This document shows, one piece after another, positions 33,977 through 42,394 of a stretch of 57,377 bases of DNA (position 1 is its first letter; the number at the start of each line of letters is the position of its first letter). The stretch is from positions 685,739 through 743,115 of the forward strand of contig CP064977.1 in NCBI GenBank assembly GCA_016699465.1. Direction: 5' to 3'. Below the pieces are notes generated by a model that did not search any database, was not told where the DNA came from, and was given only the letters and a program-made list of their open reading frames with translations. The DNA is from Candidatus Campbellbacteria bacterium. Its GTDB lineage: Bacteria > Patescibacteriota > Minisyncoccia > Phycocordibacterales > EsbW-18. The translations under genes were made by a program, and so were the position numbers.

Positions 33977-36738
33977 TGAAATACCCTTTTAAAAAAAACA
34001 CACTTTCTAACCGGATGAAACTGTTTTCACGTATCTGTATCTTTGTTGGCGCACTTCTTGCGGTGGTTCCATTCGTGTCACAGGCCGCTACAGCTTTGGA
34101 TTCTGTGCCTGACGCGGTAAAGAGCAAGTACGCGTTTGATGGTCCTGTTTATGCTGTTGTTAGTGACGGAGCCACGTTGTATGTGGGGGGGTCTTTTACC
34201 GCGGTAACACCGAGACAAATTGATCCACCCTCTTTCTTGAGAAATAATCTCGCAGCAATTGATCTTTCGACGTATACCCTAACATCATTTGCACCGAGTG
34301 TGGGTGGTGGTGTTGACGCCCTCGCTCTTTCGGCGGACGGTGAAACGCTGTATGTGGGTGGTAGTTTTAGTTGTGTCGGAGCGCTGGATGAATTTGATGT
34401 GTGCACAGGTGTTACACAAAATAAAATTGCCGCCTTCGATACTGCGGGTTCCGGAACACTACTTCCATTTAACCCCGACATCTCCGGGGGAGACGTTGCC
34501 ACACTCACACTTTCATCGGGGGCTACCCCAACACTCTATGTGGGAGGCGATTTTTCGCAGGTTGGAGCCACAACACGCAACACTATGGCTGCGTTTGATA
34601 TGACTGACAACGTGGGCACGCTTTTATCGTTTAATCCTGATATAAGTACCGACGTCAATGATAGTGTTCTTTCCCAAGACGAATCAACAATATACGTCAC
34701 GGGCACTTTCTCAACCGTTAATGGGGGCATGCCACAGGAGTATCTTGCTGCTCTCGATGCTGTTTCTGGAGAAAACCAAGACTGGGGGGTTTCTTTGGAT
34801 GGTGGTGGTAATGTTCTTAAAATTTCTTCTGATGGAAATACGCTCTATGTGGGAGGAAGTTTTTCTTCTTTCATGAGACAGTCGGGCGAAGGAGTTCCGT
34901 TTGATGAAGATACAAATGAGGCTCTCGCGACGTTTCCGATAGTTCGAACCAATCAGGGTGGGGGCGGGGGCGGGGATTCCACTATATATGCTGTGATTCC
35001 CGATGGTGATGGTGGGTGGTATATCGGCGGAAGCTTTACGCATGTGGGGACGACGTCTCAGGGGCGTCTTGCGCACATCACATCAGGAGGGCTCTTCGAC
35101 GATACTTTTACACCAGATGTTAATGGGACAGTCTATGCTCTCGAACTCTCTCCGGATGGATCAACACTGTATATCGGTGGAAACTTTGACACCGTTGATG
35201 GAGAAAGTCGAGATTATTTTGCTGCCCTTGATACAAGTGATGGCTCGGTAACTGTGCTCAATCTCTTTTTCGACGGTATTGTACGAGACTTGAAATTTTC
35301 TTCGGATGGGAGTGAATTGTATGTTGCCGGAGGATTTTCAGAAGTTGCCGCATCTTCGCGACGAGGTGTCGCCGCTCTTGATATGTTGGACGAAGGGTCA
35401 CTTCTTCCTTTTGATGCCGATTTGTATGGGTCTGGATATGCATATGCACTCGAGCTTTCACCAGATGATTCTGTGCTCTATGTTGGTGGTGATTTTTCGG
35501 CTGTAAAATATGGAGCGGGACCCGGAACCTTGAGAAACAATAGTGCTGCCTTTACTACCGCGGATGATGGTGCGGTGACAGCATTTAATCCAAATGCCGA
35601 TGGTATTCTTCGTACGCTGGCTCTCTCGGGGGGTGGTGACACGCTCTACGCCGGAGGAGAGTTTCTTACCATAGGAGGAGAAGCTCGGCATGAATTTGCA
35701 GAGCTCGACATGACGACGGGTAGTTCAACGGGTCTCCTTGATGCCAATATTGTGGGCGAAGTCGGAACAGTGCAATCCATTGCGGTGTCTGGTGATGGTG
35801 CAAGTGTGTACATCGGTGGTGCGAATTTTTCCGAAATCGGTGGTGCGTCGCGCGCGTATTTTGGAGAGATTGATGCAAACACGGGGCTTGCAACGAATTT
35901 CAACCCGTCATTCAACGATGAGGTTAGAGCTATCGCGGTTGATTCTGTTGGGGGTACCGTATACGTTGGTGGTAGTTTTACAAAACATGATCCTGAATCG
36001 TCTCCGTATCTTCTTGCAATAAACCTGGCAGATAACTCACACGTAACGTCTTTTGCCCCGATTCTTGATGCCGATGTTTACGCTCTCGCGCTTTCTTCGG
36101 ACGATACAGTCCTCTATGCGGCGGGATATGCGGTTGATGGAGATGGTGCGATCGTGCCAGCTTTTCTCAAAGGTATTGATACGAGCGATGGAGATGCCAC
36201 CGCCTTTGCACCGGATGACATGAAAAGCATCTACGCGATGGCACTTAGGTCGGATGACTCTGAGCTCTTTGTCCCAAATTTTGATCAAAATGTGACCAAC
36301 AATACCAACGTACTTGTCTTTGATGCGGACGGAGATGTGTCACTTGACGTTACTGCACCCGTTATCACACTTCTTGGTAGTTCAGATATTGAACTTACTG
36401 TTGGTAGTACATACACGGATGCCGGTGCTACTGCTGAGGATAATGTGGATGGTGATATTACTGCGGACATTGAAGTTGGTGGAGATGTCGTTAATCCATC
36501 TGTTGTTGGTATCTATGTTATTACGTACAACGTCCAGGATAGTGAAGGTAATTCTGCGACGGAGGTGACGCGAACAGTTACTATAGTGAGTCAAGAAGAG
36601 GGTTCTGGTGGTAGCTTGACGGGAAGAAGTGGAGCGGTTGGTAGTGGATCTGGAAAAGATCTTCGGTTTCTTCTTGAAAAATTAACTGAAGTGTTACGAC
36701 AATACCTCATGTTGTTGCTTGCAGAAAAACAACAATAG
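33976..36738 (+). CDS. Secreted delta-60-repeat/beta-propeller protein with C-terminal Ig-like (DUF5011-type) domain
   Basis: N-terminal TM/signal segment. At least 12 repeats of the type TLYVGGSF..V.G..R..LAA.D...G....FNP. Then PVITLLGSSDIELTVGSTYTDAGATAEDNVDGDIT...VGIYVITYNVQDSEGNSA. Confidence 0.75.
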   Translation: MKYPFKKNTLSNRMKLFSRICIFVGALLAVVPFVSQAATALDSVPDAVKSKYAFDGPVYAVVSDGATLYVGGSFTAVTPRQIDPPSFLRNNLAAIDLSTYTLTSFAPSVGGGVDALALSADGETLYVGGSFSCVGALDEFDVCTGVTQNKIAAFDTAGSGTLLPFNPDISGGDVATLTLSSGATPTLYVGGDFSQVGATTRNTMAAFDMTDNVGTLLSFNPDISTDVNDSVLSQDESTIYVTGTFSTVNGGMPQEYLAALDAVSGENQDWGVSLDGGGNVLKISSDGNTLYVGGSFSSFMRQSGEGVPFDEDTNEALATFPIVRTNQGGGGGGDSTIYAVIPDGDGGWYIGGSFTHVGTTSQGRLAHITSGGLFDDTFTPDVNGTVYALELSPDGSTLYIGGNFDTVDGESRDYFAALDTSDGSVTVLNLFFDGIVRDLKFSSDGSELYVAGGFSEVAASSRRGVAALDMLDEGSLLPFDADLYGSGYAYALELSPDDSVLYVGGDFSAVKYGAGPGTLRNNSAAFTTADDGAVTAFNPNADGILRTLALSGGGDTLYAGGEFLTIGGEARHEFAELDMTTGSSTGLLDANIVGEVGTVQSIAVSGDGASVYIGGANFSEIGGASRAYFGEIDANTGLATNFNPSFNDEVRAIAVDSVGGTVYVGGSFTKHDPESSPYLLAINLADNSHVTSFAPILDADVYALALSSDDTVLYAAGYAVDGDGAIVPAFLKGIDTSDGDATAFAPDDMKSIYAMALRSDDSELFVPNFDQNVTNNTNVLVFDADGDVSLDVTAPVITLLGSSDIELTVGSTYTDAGATAEDNVDGDITADIEVGGDVVNPSVVGIYVITYNVQDSEGNSATEVTRTVTIVSQEEGSGGSLTGRSGAVGSGSGKDLRFLLEKLTEVLRQYLMLLLAEKQQ

Positions 36739-36743
36739 TAGAA

Positions 36744-36806
36744 TAGAAGGTAGAATATGGTATCTGGAATGTGCTATGTAGAACGTAGTGTGTGTCCCGC
36801 TAGTGG
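36744..36806 (+). repeat. 3'-flank repeat element, copy B
   Basis: AGAAGGTAGAATATGGTATCTGGAATGTG ... AGTGTGTGTCCCGCTAGTGG. Related to 33681-33774. Confidence 0.6.
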
Positions 36807-36918
36807 TTAGGTGTGGGAAAAAAGTGGAATCCAATGTCAAATTTTAAATAGCGAAGATTTTTGCATTTTGATGGTTTTGTGGTACTATTGGGGTGTATTA
36901 GTCACTAATAATAAATAC

Positions 36919-37104
36919 ATGGTAGAACTCAAAGCACTCTGCATGAAATGTAGAGACGCAAACAACAAACCAACAATGCAGGTCATGAATGACCCGGTTG
37001 TGTCAGAAAAAAACAATCGCTACTCAGCTAAAGGAAAGTGCGCACAGTGTGGAGGAAACATGTTTAAGTTTCTTTCCAAAGATGATGCAGAGAAGCTCAA
37101 ATAA
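36919..37104 (+). CDS. DUF5679-like zinc-ribbon protein (61 aa)
   Basis: ORF 36811..37104, start trimmed to ATG 36919. CMKC ... GKCAQCGGNMFKF pattern. Confidence 0.65.
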   Translation: MVELKALCMKCRDANNKPTMQVMNDPVVSEKNNRYSAKGKCAQCGGNMFKFLSKDDAEKLK

Positions 37105-37106
37105 TA

Positions 37107-37145
37107 AAACAAAAACAACCCCGATATCGGGGTTGTTTTTGTTTT
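37107..37145 (+). terminator. Intrinsic terminator
   Basis: AAAACAAAAACAACCCCGA-T-ATCGGGGTTGTTTTTGTTTT. Confidence 0.85.
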
Positions 37146-37172
37146 GACATAGTAAAGTAACAAGTGTATAGT
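37144..37172 (+). promoter_or_regulatory. Sigma70-like promoter (TTGACA-17 nt-TATAGT) upstream of typA
   Basis: TTGACA 37144-37149, TATAGT 37167-37172. Confidence 0.5.
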
Positions 37173-37227
37173 ATTCGTGTACCCGCCGGGCGGGATTTTT
37201 TTATCCCGCTAAAAATCTTATAGTTAT

Positions 37228-39018
37228 ATGGAAATCAGAAACATTGCCATCATTGCACACGTGGACCACGGAAAAACGACCTTGACCGACGCACTCATGC
37301 GTCAGACAGGCGCTACAAAAGAAGGTGTCTCCATGGACTCAAATACGCTTGAGCAAGAGCGTGGTATTACTATTTATGCAAAAAATGCGTCGCTTATGTT
37401 CAAAGGTACAAAGGTGAACATTGTAGATACTCCTGGACACGCCGACTTTGGTTCTGAAGTTGAGCGTGTGTTGCGATCAATTGATTGTGTGCTCCTTGTT
37501 GTTGACGCACAGGAAGGACCGATGCCACAAACGCGTTTTGTACTAAAAAAATCTCTTGAGCTCGGACTTAAGCCGATTGTGGTTATCAACAAAATTGATA
37601 AACCAGCGGCAGACCCTGCTCGATGTCACGATGAAGTGTTGGAGCTGTTTATTGAACTTGGTGCAACGGAAGAGCAACTCAATTTTCCTGTTGTGTATGC
37701 GATTGGACGAACAGGTATTGCAAAAAAACAGCTTGCGGATGATTCACAAGACCTTATGCCACTTCTTGATGTGATTCTTGAACACGTGTCTCCTGCATCG
37801 TCACAAGAAAAAAGAGAGAAACCTCTTCGTCTGCAGTCATTTAACCTTGCGTACGACAATTTTCTTGGCCGTATGGCAGTTGCGCGCATCTATGATGGAG
37901 AAATTATTCCAGGAACACCTGTGTTTGTAAAAAAACCAGATGGCACAACACGTTCGGGGAAGGTCACTGCAATTTTTACATTTGAAGGTCTTGCTCGAGT
38001 TGAAGCAAAAAGTGCTAGTGCTGGTGACATTGTCATTATTGCAGGTCTTCCCGATATCGACATTGGAGAGACCATTACGTCAGATACAAATTCAGAACCA
38101 CTTCCAGCAATTGCCGTGGATGAACCGACTATTGTATTGCAATTTTTGGTGAACAATTCACCGTTTGCAGGGCGTGATGGTCAGTACGTAACGTCACGAC
38201 AGATACGTGAATATTTGGAACGAGAAATTGAAGTGAACGTTGGTTTGAAAATAGATTTTTCTGAAAATGATAGTTTCAAGGTGTATGGTCGTGGTGAGCT
38301 ACACATTGCCATTCTTCTTGAAAACATGCGCCGTGCAGGATATGAAGTACAAGTATCTCAACCACACGTTATTATTCGTGAAGAAGATGGTGTAAAGACA
38401 GAACCGTTTGAAGAAGTGGTTATTGATGTGCCGGCTGAGTTCCAAGGAAACGTTATTGAACGATTAAGTAACCGAGGTTTTATTCTTAAAGGAATTCATC
38501 AGGAACACGGCGGTACGACGGCACGACTTATTTTTGAAGGACCAACGCGTGGACTGTTGGGTTATCGAAACCAATTTGTTATTGATACAAAGGGAGAAGG
38601 GATTCTTGCTTCGCATGTTCTTGGCTTTAAACCATACGCTGGCGAAATAAAACGAAAGGCGGTTGGTTCAATGATCTCCATGGTTTCTGGAAAATCAGTC
38701 GCGTTCTCACTCTGGGGTTTGCAAGATCGTGGCGTGCTCTACATTGGTCCGGGAGTTGAGGTGTACGAAGGCATGGTGGTAGGGAATACCTCAAAGGGTG
38801 AGGAGATGCCAGTGAATCCAACAAAAGGAAAACAGCTTACCAACATGCGTGCATCGGGTTCTGATGAAGCAATTGTACTGTTTCCAGCCCTTGAGGTGAG
38901 TATCGAGCGTGGTTTGGAAATCATAAACGAAGATGAGTATCTTGAAATTACGCCAAAGAATGTTCGTATTCGCAAACAGTATCTTTCTGAGCTTGATCGA
39001 GCAAAAGCCCGTCGATAA
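37228..39018 (+). CDS. typA: Translational GTPase TypA/BipA
   Basis: [30 protein letters not shown], and EF-G-like C-terminal domains. Confidence 0.95.
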   Translation: MEIRNIAIIAHVDHGKTTLTDALMRQTGATKEGVSMDSNTLEQERGITIYAKNASLMFKGTKVNIVDTPGHADFGSEVERVLRSIDCVLLVVDAQEGPMPQTRFVLKKSLELGLKPIVVINKIDKPAADPARCHDEVLELFIELGATEEQLNFPVVYAIGRTGIAKKQLADDSQDLMPLLDVILEHVSPASSQEKREKPLRLQSFNLAYDNFLGRMAVARIYDGEIIPGTPVFVKKPDGTTRSGKVTAIFTFEGLARVEAKSASAGDIVIIAGLPDIDIGETITSDTNSEPLPAIAVDEPTIVLQFLVNNSPFAGRDGQYVTSRQIREYLEREIEVNVGLKIDFSENDSFKVYGRGELHIAILLENMRRAGYEVQVSQPHVIIREEDGVKTEPFEEVVIDVPAEFQGNVIERLSNRGFILKGIHQEHGGTTARLIFEGPTRGLLGYRNQFVIDTKGEGILASHVLGFKPYAGEIKRKAVGSMISMVSGKSVAFSLWGLQDRGVLYIGPGVEVYEGMVVGNTSKGEEMPVNPTKGKQLTNMRASGSDEAIVLFPALEVSIERGLEIINEDEYLEITPKNVRIRKQYLSELDRAKARR

Positions 39019-39047
39019 TTGACAAGTGCTCGTATATAGTATATAGT
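39019..39047 (+). promoter_or_regulatory. Sigma70-like promoter (TTGACA-17 nt-TATAGT)
   Basis: TTGACA 39019-39024, TATAGT 39042-39047. About 115-nt leader before the helicase ATG. Confidence 0.5.
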
Positions 39048-39165
39048 TGTTCTAGGTAACTATTCTCATTAGTTTTGTGTACGGCATTGTCCGACACGCG
39101 AGGTGTCACTATTTTTATTACAGACCTCATAAAGAACTGGCGAGACACTGGTCATCGCAATCTTT

Positions 39166-40626
39166 ATGTTTCAAAAAAACTCAAGCAATTCTTTGCGTCC
39201 AAGCGGTCGTCGCTTCGCGCGTCCTGCAGGATTTAAAAAAGGCGGAAATACTTCACGATCAGGTGGAGCTTCTTCGGTGCGTTCGTCAGGACCACGTCCT
39301 CATAATTACGCGCCACGTCCACATGGCGTAACGTCGGGAGCTCACTCACAAGAACCACGTCCACGTGGTGATCGTCCGTTTGCATCTCATGCACATGGTC
39401 CACGTCCACAAGGATATGCGGCACATACCGGAGATCGTACACCATCACATGTGTCGTATGGGCGACCCCCACAGCGTGGAGGGTTTCGTCGCGGTCCACA
39501 GGTAAGAGGACGCGGGCGAGGTGAACGAATTGATTTCAACCGATTCATCAACAAGGCGGTTATTACTGAAAAAGTGGAACACTTTGTTCCTGAACACCGC
39601 TTCGCTGATTTCAAAATTTCTGATGCACTAAAAAATGCTATTACTGCAAAAGGGTACGAATTTCCAACACCTATTCAAGATAAAATTATTCCGCACATTC
39701 TCACAGGAGTGGACGTTGTGGGTATCGCAAATACTGGAACAGGGAAGACTGCAGCGTTCCTCATTCCTCTTATTGAAAAAATAAGTACACGACCAACCGA
39801 AAAGATTCTTGTTATGGTACCAACGCGAGAACTTGCACTTCAAATTGATGAAGAATTCAAAGGATTTGCGCGAGGAATGCGTTTGTTTTCAGTCTGTTGT
39901 GTTGGTGGAATGAGCATTGGCAAACAAATTTCTGATTTACGACGTCAGTACAATATTGTTATTGGTACTCCGGGTCGTTTGAAGGATCTCATTGCGCGTA
40001 AAAATATTAATCCTGCGAATTTTGCGACTGTAGTACTCGACGAAGCAGATCGCATGCTTGATATGGGTTTCATCAATGACATGAAATTCATCATGGGGAA
40101 AATGCCCCCACCACGTCATACGCTCTTTTTCTCAGCAACACTCTCTGCGGACATTCAAAAACTCATCAAAGATTTTCTTGTGGAACCTGTATCTATTTCA
40201 GTAAAAACACAAGAAACAGCACGCAGTGTTGATCAAGATATTGTCCGCGTTGCTCCAGGTGCAGACAAGTTGGACATCCTTCACGACCTTCTTAATAAAG
40301 AAGGGTTCAGTAAGGTACTTATTTTTGGTCGCACAAAACACGGTGTTGAAAAGTTGTCACAAAAACTCATTGAACGCGGATTCAAGGCGGAATCAATTCA
40401 TGGTGATAAAAATCACGCACGACGTCAACGAGCACTCCGCTCATTCAAAGAAAATCATGTACAAGTACTTGTTGCGACTGACGTTGCTGCACGTGGACTT
40501 GATATCGCCGACATTACACACGTGATTAACTACGATTTACCACAAACGTACGACGATTACATTCACCGCATTGGACGAACGGGCCGGGGAAGTAAAACAG
40601 GGAAGGCGCTCACCTTTATCGAATAA
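39166..40626 (+). CDS. DEAD-box ATP-dependent RNA helicase with N-terminal Arg/Gly/Pro-rich extension
   Basis: F..F Q-motif region, ANTGTGKTAAF, DEAD (VLDEADRML), SAT, HRIGRTGRG. The first ~125 aa are low-complexity (GPRPH, PRPHG, PRPRG, GPRPQG, RGRGRG). Confidence 0.9.
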   Translation: MFQKNSSNSLRPSGRRFARPAGFKKGGNTSRSGGASSVRSSGPRPHNYAPRPHGVTSGAHSQEPRPRGDRPFASHAHGPRPQGYAAHTGDRTPSHVSYGRPPQRGGFRRGPQVRGRGRGERIDFNRFINKAVITEKVEHFVPEHRFADFKISDALKNAITAKGYEFPTPIQDKIIPHILTGVDVVGIANTGTGKTAAFLIPLIEKISTRPTEKILVMVPTRELALQIDEEFKGFARGMRLFSVCCVGGMSIGKQISDLRRQYNIVIGTPGRLKDLIARKNINPANFATVVLDEADRMLDMGFINDMKFIMGKMPPPRHTLFFSATLSADIQKLIKDFLVEPVSISVKTQETARSVDQDIVRVAPGADKLDILHDLLNKEGFSKVLIFGRTKHGVEKLSQKLIERGFKAESIHGDKNHARRQRALRSFKENHVQVLVATDVAARGLDIADITHVINYDLPQTYDDYIHRIGRTGRGSKTGKALTFIE

Positions 40627-40688
40627 AAAAGTGCAAACGCCGGAAGAAGGGCTTGAAATAAGGGTATATTGACGAGTTTGATTACATG

Positions 40689-40717
40689 TTGCAAAGAGTT
40701 TGCACGTGTAGTATACT
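40689..40717 (+). promoter_or_regulatory. Sigma70-like promoter (TTGCAA-17 nt-TATACT) upstream of csp
   Basis: TTGCAA 40689-40694, TATACT 40712-40717. Confidence 0.5.
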
Positions 40718-40787
40718 AGTATCGTGCGAGTTGCAGAAAATAAAGTCGAGTTTCTCGCTATTGAGTAATCTTAAAATACAAATCAGT

Positions 40788-40988
40788 ATGTCAACAGGAA
40801 CAATCAAGACTCTTACAGACCGTGGATTTGGATTCATTTCTCGCGAAGGCGAAGCAAAGGATCTTTTCTTCCACTCAAAGGAGTTGAATGGTGTTACGTT
40901 TGAAGAATTGAAAGTAGGCGATGTTGTCTCTTTCGAAGTTGTAGATGGTGAAAAAGGACCAGCAGCAACAAACGTATCACGCGCGTAA
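40788..40988 (+). CDS. Cold-shock domain protein
   Basis: ORF 40686..40988, start trimmed to ATG 40788. GTIKTLTDRGFGFISREG...DLFFHSKEL (RNP1/RNP2-like). Confidence 0.9.
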   Translation: MSTGTIKTLTDRGFGFISREGEAKDLFFHSKELNGVTFEELKVGDVVSFEVVDGEKGPAATNVSRA

Positions 40989-41000
40989 GCGTCGTGAAGA

Positions 41001-41036
41001 AAAATCACCCCGCCTCTGGTGGGGTGATTTTTCGTT
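41001..41036 (+). terminator. Intrinsic terminator
   Basis: AAAATCACCCC-9 nt-GGGGTGATTTT followed by TCGTT. Confidence 0.8.
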
Positions 41037-41113
41037 ATGACACACATATGAGTTCGTGGTCTTTTCGTGTCTCACTTGGTACACTAGGGGTATACCTAGT
41101 AGGTTTTTTTGCT

Positions 41114-42394
41114 ATGAAAATAAAGAATTTTAAGGAGCTAGCTATTTCTACCAAGCGAACTGATGCGCTTTCAATTATACACGCAGGACTTGTGGCGGTT
41201 GATACTCGTGTTGCAATTCAAAAATCTGTGGAGTGTGATGGAAAAACACTGCGTATCGCAGACACAGTATATACACTTTCTGCATACGATCGTGTACGCG
41301 TTGTCGCCGTTGGCAAGTGTTCTGTTGAAGCGGTGTATGCGCTCGAAGAACTTCTTGGTGACGTACTCACTGACGGAATTGCACTTGATGTCGTCCAGGG
41401 TGTTTCAAAAACAGGCACTGTTACTTTTTTGACGGGTACACATCCACTTCCAACACAAATGAATGTGGATGCGACTAAATGCATTCTTGATTTTTTGGAT
41501 TCATCCACAGAACGCGATCTTGTTATTATGAGTATTTCCGGCGGAGGTTCAACACTGGCATCGCAACCACTCAATGGTCTGTCTGTTGATGAAGAATCTC
41601 GAGCAATTGCAGCATTGATGAATGCAGGTGCGCCCATCCAAGACATGAACACCATCCGAAAACATCTTTCACGCGCGCGTGGTGGTGGGTTGGCACAATG
41701 CGCATATCCAGCAACAGTTGCCTCACTTATTTTTTCTGATGTTCCAGGAGATGACATTTCATATATCGCTTCGGGGCCAACCGTTTGTGATACAACAACG
41801 ATTTCAGATGCGCAAGCACTTCTTGTATCGTATGGTCTTGAGGCGATTGGACCGTACCTTATCGAAACACCAAAAGGAACAGAGTTATTTGAAAAGGTGA
41901 CAAATACCATCATTGTTTCGAACAGTATTGCGCTCGAGGCAATGAAAAAAGAATCAATTGTTCGTGGGTATACGGCGGAGATTGTGACCTCAACGCTCAC
42001 CGGAGAAGCACGCAGTGTCGCACACGACATTGTTGAGCGCATACATTCTGCTCCAGAAAAGACGGTCTTGTTATTCGGCGGAGAAACAACCGTTACTTCA
42101 GAAGGTCCTCACGGAATTGGTGGACGTAATCAGGAAGTTGCTCTTGCGGGATTGCGTACGATTGCTGATGGTGAGGTGCTTATTGCATGTGCGTCTGATG
42201 GACGTGATAATACAGATGTTGCAGGTGCAGTGTGTGATACGATAACGATGCACGCCGCGCAAGAAAAAGGTCTTTCAGTTGAAGAGTGCCTTGCATCACA
42301 CAGTTCCTTTCTCTTTTTTGAAAAAAGTGCCAGTCATATTGTGACAGGTGCTACTGGTTCTAATGTGTCGGATCTTATTATTGCGTTAAAATGA
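41114..42394 (+). CDS. Glycerate 2-kinase (DUF4147/MOFRL family)
   Basis: ORF 40994..42394, start trimmed to ATG 41114 because the longer form runs through the csp terminator. GKCSVEAV, GGGSTL, LLFGGETTV, GGRNQE. Confidence 0.8.
   Translation: MKIKNFKELAISTKRTDALSIIHAGLVAVDTRVAIQKSVECDGKTLRIADTVYTLSAYDRVRVVAVGKCSVEAVYALEELLGDVLTDGIALDVVQGVSKTGTVTFLTGTHPLPTQMNVDATKCILDFLDSSTERDLVIMSISGGGSTLASQPLNGLSVDEESRAIAALMNAGAPIQDMNTIRKHLSRARGGGLAQCAYPATVASLIFSDVPGDDISYIASGPTVCDTTTISDAQALLVSYGLEAIGPYLIETPKGTELFEKVTNTIIVSNSIALEAMKKESIVRGYTAEIVTSTLTGEARSVAHDIVERIHSAPEKTVLLFGGETTVTSEGPHGIGGRNQEVALAGLRTIADGEVLIACASDGRDNTDVAGAVCDTITMHAAQEKGLSVEECLASHSSFLFFEKSASHIVTGATGSNVSDLIIALK

Noticed and set aside
40994-41113. 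The long start (40994) for the glycerate kinase ORF.
   Set aside because: It would be translated through the csp intrinsic terminator hairpin (41001-41036). The family-like sequence begins after ATG 41114.
243-42394. An alternative genetic code (UGA recoding, as in some CPR lineages), given that only RF1 is seen in the window.
   Set aside because: TGA terminates conserved-domain proteins at the expected lengths, often in ATGA overlaps (243-245, 3866-3868, 42392-42394). No conserved gene shows in-frame TGA. RF2 may simply lie outside the window.
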